DNA of 64,000 nucleotides from Tubulanus polymorphus (lineage: Eukaryota > Animalia > Nemertea), in NCBI RefSeq assembly GCF_964204645.1, contig NC_134030.1, positions 1,967,355 to 2,031,354 of the forward strand, read 5' to 3'. The notes beneath the pieces were generated by a model, which saw only the letters and a list, made by a program, of their open reading frames with translations, ran no database searches and had not been told where the DNA came from. Both the position numbers and the translations under genes were made by a program. Positions 25,381 to 38,223 of the stretch are shown here, piece by piece. Each line of letters opens with the position of its first letter. The first letter of the stretch is position 1.

Positions 25381-26307
25381 AAGCGTGTTCACCACTGAAC
25401 CAATAGAACTTAAGTCTAATTGGCCAGTGGTTAAACAACGCGAGATTTTATCAAAAATAAAAATATCATGAGCTAATGCTGTTAAGAACTAGCAACGATG
25501 ATACACTTTTCACAGAGCTGACAGAGACTATTTGAACTTTGTTAGCAGGATATGGCCAGGTTTTTGTTATAAACTATGACTACTTAAGGTTGTCCAACAT
25601 TGAAAAGTAGAATCTCTTATATTGACGTGTTTTAAAGGAACTATGATATCGAAACATTGATAACATGATTAAACCAGAGCTTGCGGAGATGATCTTACAA
25701 TACATCAATAAGTCAAGGGACAAGATAAGCGTGTTCACCACTGGACCAATAGAATATAAGTCTAATTCGTCAGTGGTTAAACAGCGCGAGATTTTATTAA
25801 ACAAAATATCAACAGCTATATTTATCCTTAAACAGAACTTAACAGAGATGACCTTATTATAAGTTAAGGCACAAGACAAGCGTGCCAACCACTGATTCAA
25901 TAGAACTTAAGTCTAATTGACCAGTGGTTAAACAGCGCGAGATTTTATTAAATGAAATATCAAGAGCTTTTATTTATCCTATATCAAACAGTAACTAGCA
26001 TCAATAATAAACCTTAAACAGTACTTAACAGAGATGATCTTATTTTAAGTAAAGGCAGAAGACGAGCGTGTTCACCACTGGACAAATAGAACTTTAGTCT
26101 AATTGACCAGTGGTTAAACAGCGCGAGATTTTATTAAACAATATATCAACAGCTATATTTATCCTATATTGAGCAGTAAGCATCAATAATAACACCTTAA
26201 ACATTACTTTACAGAGATGATCTTATTTAAAGTAAGGCCACGAGACGAGCGTGTTCACCACTGGACAAATAGAACTTTAGTCTAATTGACCAGTGGTTAA
26301 ACAGGGC
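25381..26307. ncRNA. Cluster of five ~59-nt hairpins (element B; pre-miRNA-sized); 4 more at 31181-31950 and 3 more at 36870-37457
   Basis: GCGTGTTCACCACTG..CCAATAGA-7-nt loop-TCTAATTGG.CAGTGGTTAAACA.CGC, a stem of ~24 bp, embedded in ~150-350-bp sub-repeats. Confidence 0.4.
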
Positions 26308-28064
26308 GAGATTTTTCTAAAAATACAAAATATCATGAGCTAATCCTGTTAAGAAGTAGCAACGATGATACACTTGTATCAGAGCTGACAGAGACGATAT
26401 TTATATGAACTTTGTTAGCGGGATTTATCGGGGCATTAGACTAGTGATTATACTCATTGATATAAGTTTTTGTAACAAACTATGACAACTTTTCCAACAT
26501 AGGAAAATAGATATCTCCTATACTGAATCAGTTATTTATTCTATTGCACAGCTTTACAAAGACGATCTTTACTGGGAATTTGATATAAGAATAAAAAATG
26601 GGGCCACGGAGACAATGATTAGTTAGTACTAGTCCGAGTGAACTAGCGTCCACTCGGACTAGTGACTAGATAGCTTATAATAGTAATAGTTATATAAGTA
26701 CGACTGCTAATATTTTAACTAATATACAGTAAAACATAACTTACAGCGCCATCTATTTTCAGACAAGGTAAGCGTGCTAACTAGTAAAACGGCTAAAATA
26801 TACACTTAATAACAGTAATATATCGACTAACATAATTATCCTTATATAAAATAGATACTAAATCTAAAACACAACTTATTTACAAAATTGTATTTACATT
26901 AAATAAAACTAAAGCTAATGATTATTATGTATTATTATGTATTAAATAACTGATTGACTGAGATATAATAATAAAATAGTAATTACATATTTACATTAAT
27001 TACATATTTATATTAATTACATATTTACATTAATTACATATTTATATAACATATATTTACACATTTATTTATATTGAGTAAAGATGAGATATTCTAAGAC
27101 GCTATATTGAGTGAAAAATGAAATTCCAACACAGAGCTAACAGAGACCAAGGTTTGAGGGTATTTTGTTAGCAAGATTTTGGCCGAAGGTTTTTGTTATG
27201 AAGCTAATCTACTAACAAGAGAAAAGTCATTCTAAGATCTTATCCCAAGTTATCTTATCCTAAGTTATCTTATCCTAAGTAACTATTCTAAACTAGTGCG
27301 GTGCAGACACAGAACATCGTTTAACGATTTTGTGTCATTTGGATATTTTTTTTTTTCAGTTAGAGATATTAAGCGTTAAAAATCTTAAGTTTTGAGATGA
27401 GCTTTTAAAAAGCTTTTCAACACCTCCTTTATGTGTATTTCTACACGTTTTTGGTTTTGTGGACTCTCAGCACTCCACTCTCTCTCTTTCTTACCCCCCA
27501 AAATATAGAATGATAAATCAAACTTAGCTTTTTTGTATTGCGAAGTCACAGTTCCTCTTGGATCCACTTCGCATCTGCTGGTTTCTGCTGGCTTGGAATG
27601 ATTGGTTCTCATCTGTTCGTCCGATCAGCTGCATCTTGGAAATATTCACCTGGAAGTAAATGATATTTTTGAGGCGTACAATCTTTTCGAGCATCTTATA
27701 AATTTACATGTAAAAGTTAAATCTGTCCTTGTCGTTTACAATTGCAATAATTGTATTATTTGATCAGTGATTGTCAATAAACCCCCGATTGATTAGTATT
27801 AGTAGCGTTAGTTAATCACTATTTAAGACAGTGATCATTAACGTAGATTTCTCTGATACAAGATCAGTTAACGTTGATTTGGCACAAAGACCACAGTGTC
27901 TTTAAAAAGACATTGAGAACCTACTGAACCTACCCGACCTTGTCGTTCGAGGAGTTTGGATTTTTCGTGCAAATAAGGATATACTGCTTTTTGAGGCTGT
28001 TATTTCTAGAGGATGTTTGGCAAAAGGACACATGAGGTTTTTGATAGTTAGGAGCTCTAGTGAG

Positions 28065-28708
28065 GCTGGTAGCGCCACCTATTGCTCTGTCACTATTGTC
28101 TCTGCGCTCTGAGAGGAATGGATAGTTTTTTAAAGATGGATATGTTTGATTTGCGAGTTCTAGGTGACTGGTAGCGCCACCTATTACTCTTCATCGTCTC
28201 CGCAACTTTACCTGTTGCCCCGGAGAGTATTAGATGGGAGATATTTGGGGTTTGTTAAGAGTTGGGAGCTATAGGAAGGCTGGTAGCGCCACCTATTATT
28301 GCTCAGGCACCATCGTCTCCGCCCACTTACCCGAAACTCTGATCAAAGTTTAATGTATTTTAGGGGAGTTTTTTGAGATCTAAGAGCTATAGGAAGGCTG
28401 GTAGCGCCACCTATTGCTCAAACACCATCATCTCCGCCCACTTACCCGCAGCTCTGATTGTATTTTATAAGGTTTGGGAGCTATAGGAAGGCTGGTAGCG
28501 CCACCTATTATTGCTCAGGCACCATTGTCTCTGCCCACTTACCCGACTCTGATCAAAGTCTAATGTATTTTTAGAGCTATATTTGGGCTGGTAGCGCCAC
28601 CTATTGCTAATGAACCATCATTTCCGCGCACTTACCCAAAAAGCTCTGATTGTATTTCATAAAGTTTTAGTAATTTAGGGGAGTTAGGAGGTAGTGCCAT
28701 CTATTGCT
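28065..28708 (-). promoter_or_regulatory. Array of 7 CTCF-like motifs, unit 2
   Basis: Same motif at ~28070, 28172, 28284, 28402, 28496, 28592, 28692. Confidence 0.6.
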
Positions 28709-31700
28709 CAGGAATGGTTCCCTCTGCCTCTCGTCAAGTATCAAGTTAAACAGTCAAAATATTCATGCATGACTTTTATAATTAGTGACTCATGGATGAC
28801 ACCAAAGATACAAAACTTGATAGAAAACTTTTACTGGTAATCCCGAATTTTCAAACCAATCGACTAAATGTCAGTAAATCATTAGAAAATATAAACTTGT
28901 CATAAAATGAGAAGCTGAATTGAAAGAGATCTTGAAATGACTCTTTTAAGATTGAGATTTCACTAACAAAGATTGAGATTTCAGTGAGAAAATATTTGAA
29001 ATATTGCAAAGACTTTTGCAGTTGATATTCTATTAACAAAGATTCACTGACTCAATTGATATATCAATATCAAAATACTGATAGAAGTGACACAGAAATT
29101 AGCAACAAACATTCAGAATTTCATATCTGAAGTTTCTCTCGAAGTTCATTATCAGCTTTGAAATGATACAGTGATTTTCCATCAAAAGGAAAAACACAAT
29201 TTAAAGTTTTTCCATCAAAACAAATGATTTTATGCCGTTCTGTCAAAAGGAAAGATACAATTTAAGTCTTTCCATCAAAAATAAAAACATACTTAAGTTT
29301 TTTTCCGTCAAAAGGAAAAGCGCTATCTCAAGTTCTTCCGAGTTTCACAGGAAATTGCCAACAACCAGTATTCAAACAGGTTTCTTTTCAAATCTCATTA
29401 TTGTCTGGTTTTAAGAATTTTCAAACTTAAATCAGCACCAAACAAACATTCATAGAAATTGCTTATAAAATTCAGATAAAAACAGATGACATCAAGATGT
29501 CAATATCATCTTGAGAAAGATTAATTAATCTTCATTTTTGAAATATTACTACATGTAATTTACTATGTCTGGTTACAACAGTTATAATGATTATGCAAAT
29601 GAGAGTGGAGAGAGTACCACAAATGAATCGGGACTTTCATCTAATACGAGCACGCTGAAAATAGAAACATGTGTTAAATTGAATGAGGCAAACCATTATG
29701 TATAAGACATGAATAAGTCTGCGGTGGTCATTGAAATATGACCGGTTAAAACTGACGTTTAGAAATAAAGATTGGTGAAATATTGAATTGTAAATTTGTA
29801 CTCGGAGAAGTCCCAAGACGACACCCTCACCACTCATTATTTCTCACTCAAAACCGGTGTCAGTAATTAATCTCTACACAACCTCAAATTAAAACTATAC
29901 ATCAAAATTACTAATTTTTGGAATAGTGCCACTGAAAGTATTTAAGGACTTCAGTCTAATACGAGTACAAACAAACAAACAAATGAACAGAATATGATGA
30001 AAATCTGAACACAGTAAAATTGAATAAAAGCAAACCATTTATGCAAAACAAAGTTACTACATAAATGAGTTCACAAGTGGTCATTAAATCAGACCTGATT
30101 GAAAATGATAAATTATTGGAATTGTACTCGGAGAAGTCCTGCATTTATTTCCAAAACGGCACTTCAGTTTCTAGTTCCTAATATTCTCATAGACACCGGT
30201 ATCATTGATAAACTTATATTAGGCTAAATTTATATTAGGCTAAATTTGAAGTAAAGTTTCAAAGCGTCAAAGCTTTTACTCGCAATCACTTTTATTTTCA
30301 GTAATTTCTATTTTTGATTGTTTGGTGCAAATTTATCAATCGGAATATTTGAAATGACACCAGACGTTTTGGATAAAACCTGAAGGTTGCGCAATTGATT
30401 TTGAATCATACTACAGTGATTTTCCATCAAAAGGAAAAAACACAATTAAAATTTTTTCCATCAAAAAAATGATTTTATTCCATTCTGTCAAAAGGATGGG
30501 TACAATTTAAGTCTTTCCATCAACAATAAAAACATACTTAAGTTTTTTCCGTCAAAAGGAAAAACGTTATCTTAAGTTCTTCAGAGTTTCACAGGAAATT
30601 GCAAACAACCAGTTTTCAAGCAGGTTTCTTTACAAATATTTTTCAAAGTTCAGATATCAATTACAAAAAAACTGAATGAAGATTCTATATTTGCATTTGA
30701 ATCACATGAACAAAGTGAGGAACTTCAATTGATTTAATTCAACTTTTAAACTTCACTTCTAAAAGTATTTTAATAAAATCGATATTAAAATATATCGAGA
30801 TTTCATAAGATGATATTTGAAATATTGACATAAATGTGGCACAAAACATTGACTAGAAATCAAGAACTTTTAAAACTAAATGTCAGTAAGACATCTTGAA
30901 ATGACTCTTTTTTAAATTGAGATTCCACTAAGAAAACATTAGAAATGATTGCAAATCTTAGTGCAATTGAGATTTCACTACCAAATATTAAGATTCCAGT
31001 AAGAAAATATATCTAATGATCGCAATTCCTTTGGAGATTGCAAATTTAAGCAAAAGAACTTAACACCCTTATATTGACATTTTGCAGAGACGTTTTTTAA
31101 AGGAAATATGATATAGGAACTTTGATAACATGATTAAAACAGAGCTTGCGGAGATGATCCTAATATACCTCAAGGGACAAGCGTGTTCACCACTGAACCA
31201 ATAGAACTTAAGTCTAATTGGTCAGTGGTTAAACAACGCTTGATTTTCTTTAAAATACAAAATATCATGAGCTAATCCTGTACAGAACTAGCAACGATGA
31301 TACACTTTTCACAGAGCTGACAGAGACTATTTGAACTTTGTTAGCAGGATATGGCCACGTTTTTGTTATAAACTATGACTACTTAAGGTTGTCCAACATT
31401 GAAAAGTAGAATCTCTTATATTGACGTGTTTTAAAGGAACTATGATATCGAAACATTGATAACATGATTAAACCAGAGCTTGCGGAGATGATCTTACTAT
31501 ACATCAATAAGTCAAGGGACAAGACAAGCGTGTTCACCACTGGACCAATAGAATATAAGTCTAATTGGTCAGTGGTTAAACAGCGCGAGATTTTATGAAA
31601 CAAAATATCAACAGCTATATTTATCCTATATTGAGCAGTAAACATCAATAATACACCTTAAACATTACTTAACAGAGATAATCTTATTTTAAGTAAGGCC

Positions 31701-33689
31701 ACGAGACGAGCGTGTTCACCACTTGACAAATAGAACTTAAGTCTAATTGACCAGTGGTTAAACAGCGCGAGATTTTATTAAACAAAATATCAACAGCTAT
31801 GTTTTTCCTATATTGAGCAGTAAACATCAATAATACACCTTAAACATTACTTAACAGAGATGATCTTATTTAAAGTAAGGCCACGAGACGAGCGTGTTCA
31901 CCACTGGACAAATAGAACTTTAGTCTAATTGACCAGTGGTTAAACAGCGCGAGATTTTTCTAAAGATACAAAATATCATGAGCTAATCCTGTATAGAACT
32001 AGCAACGATGATACACTTGTATCAGAGCTGACAGAGACGATATTTATATGAACTTTGTTAGCGGGATTTATCGGGGCATTAGACTAGTGATTATACTCAT
32101 TGATATAAGTTTTTGTAACAAACTATGACAACTTTTCCAACATAGGAAAATAGATATCTCCTATAATGAATCAGTTATTTATTCTATTGTAGAGCTTTAC
32201 AAAGACGATCTTTACTGGGAATTTGATATAAGAATAAAAAATGGGGCCACGGAGACAATGATTAGTTAGTACTAGTCCGAGTGAACTAGCGTCCACTGGG
32301 ACTAGTGACTAGATAGCTTATAATAGTAATAGTTATATAAGTACGACTGCTGATATTTCAACTAATATACAGTAAAACACAACTTACAGCGCCATCTATT
32401 TTCAGACGAGGTAAGCGTGCTAACTAGTAAAACGGCTAAAATATACACTTAATAACAGTAATATATCGACTAACATTTAATTATCCTTATATAAAATAGA
32501 TACTAAATCTAAAACACAACTTATTTACAAAATTGTATTTACATTAAATAAAACTAAAGCTAATGATTATTAACTGTATTAAATAACTGATTGACTGAGA
32601 TATAATAATAAAATAGTAATTACGTATTTACATTAATTACATATTTATATTAATTACATATTTACATTAATTACATATGAATATAACATATATTTACACA
32701 TTTATTTATATTGAGTAAAGATGAGATATTCTAAGACGCTATATTGAGTGAAAAATGAAATTCCAACACAGAGCTAACAGAGACCAAGGTTTGAGGGTAT
32801 TTTGTTAGCAAGATTTTGGCCGAAGGTTTTTGTTATGAAGCTAATCTACTAACAAGAGAAAAGTCATTCTAAGATCTTATCCCAAGTTATCTTAAGTTAT
32901 CTTATCCTAAGTAACTATTCTAAACTAGTGCGGTGCAGACACAGAACATCGTTTAACGATTTTGTGTCATTTGGATATTTTTTTTTTTCAGTTAGAGATA
33001 TTAAGCGTTAAAAATCTTAAGTTTTGAGATGAGCTTTTAAAAAGCTTTTCAACACCTCCTTTATGTGTATTTCTACACGTTTTTGGTTTTGTGGACTCTC
33101 AGCACTCCACTCTCTCTCTTTCTTACCCCCCAAAATATAGAATGATAAATCAAACTTAGCTTTTTTGTATTGCGAAGTCACAGTTCCTCTTGGATCCACT
33201 TCGCATCTGCTGGATTCTGCTGGCTTGGAATGATTGGTTCTCATCTGTTCGTCCGATCGGCTGCGTCTTGAAATATTCAGCTGAAAGTAAATGATATTTT
33301 TGAGGCGTACAATCTTTTCGAACATCTTATAAATTTACATGTAAAAGTTAAATCCGTCCTTGTCGTATACAATTGCAATAATTGTATTATTTGATCAGTG
33401 ATTGTCAATAAACCCCCAATTGATTAGTATTAGTAGCGTTAGTTAATCACTATTTAAGACAGTGATCATTAACGTAGATTTCTCTGATACAAGATCAGTT
33501 AACGTTGATTTGGTACAAAGACCACAGTGTCTTTAAAAAGACGGATCTGAGAACCTACTGAACCTACCCGACCTCGTCGTTCGAGGAGTTTGGATTTTTC
33601 GTGCAAATAAGGATATACAGCTTTTTGAGGCTGTTATTTCTAGAGGATGTTTGGCAAAAGGACATTTGATAGTTAGGAGCTCTAGCGAG

Positions 33690-34466
33690 GCTGGTAGCGC
33701 CACCTATTGCTCTGTCACTATTGTCTCTGCGCTCTGAGAGGAATGGATAGTTTTTTAAAGATGGATATGTTTGATTTGCGAGTTCTAGGTGACTGGTAGC
33801 GCCACCTATTACTCTTCATCGTCTCCACAACTTTACCTGTTGCCCCGGAGAGTATTAGATGGGAGATATTTGGGGTTTGTTAAGAGTTGGGAGCTGTAGG
33901 AAGGCTGGTAGCGCCACCTATTATTGCTCAGGCACCATCCTCTTTGCAACTTACCAGAAGCTCTGATTTACATGATTGAATTCACATGATTAAGTGATTT
34001 CAAGGGAATTTTTTAGAGTTGGGAGCTATAGGAAGGCTGGTAGCGCCACCTATTATTGCTCAGGCACTATCGTCTCTGCCCACTTACCCGAAACTCTGAT
34101 CAAAGTTTAGTGTATTTTTAGGGGAGTTTTTTTAGATCTAAGAGCTATAGGAAGGCTGGTAGCGCCACCTATTGCTCAAACACCATCATCTCCGCCCACT
34201 TACTCGCAGCTCTGATTGTATTTTATAAGGTTTAGGAGCTATAGGAAGGCTGGTAGCGCCACCTATTATTGCTCAGGCACCAATGTCTCTGCCCACTTAC
34301 CCGACTCTGATCAAAGATTAATGTATTTTTAGAGCTATATTTGGGCTGGTAGCGCCACCTATTGCTAATAAACCATCATCTCCGCGCACTTACCCAAAAA
34401 GCTCTGATTGTATTTCATAAAGTTTTAGTAATTTAGGGGAGTTAGGGGGTAGTGCCACCTATTGCT
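33690..34466 (-). promoter_or_regulatory. Array of 8 CTCF-like motifs, unit 3
   Basis: Same motif at ~33695, 33797, 33909, 34041, 34160, 34254, 34350, 34450. Confidence 0.6.
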
Positions 34467-37400
34467 CAGGAATGGTTCCTTTTGCCTCTCATCAAGTATC
34501 AAGTTAAACAGTCAAAATATTCATGCATGACTTTTATAACTAGTGACTAATGGATCACACCAAAGCCTTCGATGTGACACAAAACTTGATAGAAAACTTT
34601 TACTGGAAATCCAGAATTTTCAACTTGTCATAAAATGAGAAGCTGAATTGAAAGAGATCTTGAAATGACTCTTTTAAGATTGAGATTTCATTAACAAAGA
34701 TTGAGATTTCAGTGAGAAAATATTTGAAATATTGCAAATAGTTTCTGCAATTGATAATTCTAGTAACAAAGATTCACTGACTCAATTGATATATCAATAT
34801 CAAAATACTGATAGAAGTGACACAGAAATTAGCAACAAACATTTAGAATTTCATATCTGAAGTTTCTCTCAAAGTTCATTATCAGCTTTGAAATGATACA
34901 GTGATTTTCCATCAAAAGGAAAAACACAATTTAAAGTTTTTCCATCAAAAAATGATTTTATGCCGTTCAGTCAAAAGGAAAGATACAATTTAAGTCTTTC
35001 CATCAAAAATAAAAACATACTTAAGTTTTTCTCCGTCAAAAGGAAAAACGTTATCTCAAGTCCTTCCGAGTTTCACAGGAAATTGCAAACAACCAGTATT
35101 CAAACAGGTTTCTTTTCAAATCTCATTATTGTCTGGTTTTAAGAATTTTCAAACTTAAAGCAGCACCAAACAAACATTCATAGAAATTGCTTATAAAATT
35201 CAAATATAAACAGATGACATCTAGATGTCAATATCATCTTGAGAAAAATTAATTAATCTTCATTTTTGAAAAATTACTACATGTCATTTACTATTGCTGA
35301 TTACAACAGTTATAATGATTATGCGAATGAGAGTGGAGAGAGTGCCACAAATGAATCAGGACTTTCATCTAATACGAGCACGCTGAAAATAGAAACATGT
35401 GTTAAATTGAATGAGGCAAACCATTATGTATAAGACATGAATGAGTTCGCAGTGGTCATTGAAATATGACCGGTTAAAACTGACGTTTAGAAATAAAGAT
35501 TGGTGAAATATTGAATTGCAAATTTGTACTCGGAGAAGTCCCAAGACGACACCTCACCACTCATTATTTCTCGCTCTAAACCGGTGTCAGTAATTAAACT
35601 CTACACAACCTCAAATTAAAACTATACATCAAAATTACTAATTTTTGGAATAGTGCCACTGATTGTATTTAAGGACTTCAGTCTAATACGAGTACAAACA
35701 AACAAACAAATGAACAGAATATGATGAAAATCTGAACACAGGAAAATTGAATAAAAGCAAACCATTTATGCAAAACAAAGTTACTACATAAATGAGTTCA
35801 CAAGTGGTCATTAAATCAGACCTGATTGAAAATGATAAATTATTGGAATTGTACTCGGAGAAGTCCTGCATTTATTTCCAAAACGGCACTTCAGTTTCTA
35901 GTTCCTAATCTTTATAGACACCGGTATCATTGATAAACTTATATTAGGCTAAATTTATATTAGACTAAATTGAAGTAAAGTTTCAAAGCGTCAAAGCTTT
36001 TACTCGCAATCACTTTTATTTCTCGTAATTTCTATTTTTGATTGTTTAGTGCAAATTTATCAATCGGAATATTTGAAATGACACCAGACGTTTTGGATAA
36101 AACCTGAAGGTTGCGCAATTGATTTTGAATCATACTACAGTGATTTTCCATCAAAAGGAAAAAACACAATTTAAATCTTTTCCATCAAAAAAATGATTTT
36201 ATTCCATTCTGTCAAAAGGATAGATACAATTTAAGTCTTTCCATCAAAAATAAAAACATACTTAAGTTTTTTTTCCATCAAAAGGAAAAATGTTATCTTA
36301 GGTTCTTCCGGGTTTCACAGGAAATTGTATGAACAAAGTGAGAAACTTCAATTGATTCAATTCAACTTTTAAACTTCACTTCTAAAAGCATTTTAATAAA
36401 ATCGATATCAAAATTTTGAGATTTCAGTAAGATGATATTTGATTAATTGCAAATTGAGATTTCAGTAACAAAGATGAAACGATCTTTTTTTTTCAGAAAA
36501 TTTCAATGAAATATTGACATAAATGTGACACAAAACATTGACTAGAAATCAAGTACTTTTAAAACTAAATGTCAGTAAGACATCTTGAAATGACTCTTTT
36601 TGAAATTGAGATTCCACTAAGAAAACAATAGAAATGATTGCAAATCTTAGTGCAACTGAGATTTCACTACCAAATATTAAGATTCCAGTAAGAAAACATA
36701 TCTAATGATCGCAATTCCTTTGGAGATTGCAATTTTAAGTAAAAGGTCTTAACTCCCTAATATTGACATTTTTTCAGAGACGTTTTTAAAGGAAATATTA
36801 TATAGGAACTTTGATAACATGATTAAAACAGAGCTTGCGGAGATGATCCTAATATACCTCAAGGGACAAGCGTGCTAACCACTGAACCAATAGAACTTAA
36901 GTCTAATTGACCAGTGGTTAAACAGCGCGAGATTTTATCAAAAATACAAAATATCATGAGCTAATGCTGTTAAGAACTAGCAACGATGATACACTTTTCA
37001 CAGAGCTGACAGAGACTATTTGAACTTTGTTAGCAGGATATGGCCAGGTTTTTGTTATAAACTATGACAACTTAAGGTTGTCCAACATTGAAAAGTAGAA
37101 TCTCTTATATTGACGTGTTTTAAAGGAACTATGATATCGAAACATTGATAACATGATTAAACCAGAGCTTGCGGAGATGATCTTACTATACATCAATAAG
37201 TCAAGGGACAAGATAAGCGTGTTCACCACTGGACCTATAGAATATAAGTCTAATTGGTCAGTGGTTAAACAGCGGGAGATTTTATTAAACAAAATATCAA
37301 CAGCTATATTTATCCTATATTGAGCAGTAAGCATCAATAATACACCTTAAACATTACTTAACAGAGATAATCTTATTTTAAGTAAGGCCACGAGACGAGC

Positions 37401-38223
37401 GTGTTCACCACTGGACAAATAGAACTTAAGTCTAATTGACCAGTGGTTAAACAGCGCGAGATTTTTCTAAAAATACAAAATATCATGAGCTAATCCTGTA
37501 TAGAACTAGCAACGATGATACACCTGTATCAGAGCTGACAGAGACGATATTTACATGAACTTTGTTAGCGGGATTTATCGGGGCATTAGACTAGTGATTA
37601 TACTCATTGATATAAGTTTTTGTAACAAACTATGACAACTTTTCCAACATAGGAAAATAGATATCTCCTATACTGAATCAGTTATTTATTCTATTGCAGA
37701 GCTTTACAAAGACGATCTTTACTGGGAATTTGATATAAGAATAAAAAATGGGGCCACGGAGACGATGATTAGTTAGTACTAGTCCGAGTGAACTAGCGTC
37801 CACTGGGACTAGTGACTAGATAGCTTATAATAGTAATAGTTATATAAGTACGACTGCTGATATTTTAAATAATATACAGTAAAACACAACTTACAGCGCC
37901 ATCTATTTTCAGACGAGGTAAGCGTGCTAACTAGTAAAACGGCTAAAATATACGAGTATAATATATGAGTGAAAAATGAAATTCCAACACAGAGCTAACA
38001 GAGACCAAGGTTTGAGGGTATTTTGTTAGCAAGATTTTGGCCGAAGGTTTTTGTTATGAAGCTAATCTACTAGCAAGAGTTATCCCAAGTTATCTTATCC
38101 TAAGTTATCTTATCCTAAGTAACTATTCTAAACTAGTGCGGTGCAGACACAGAACATCGTTTAACGATTTTGTGTCATTTGTATATTTTTTTTTTCAGTT
38201 AGAGATATTAAGCGTTAAAAATC

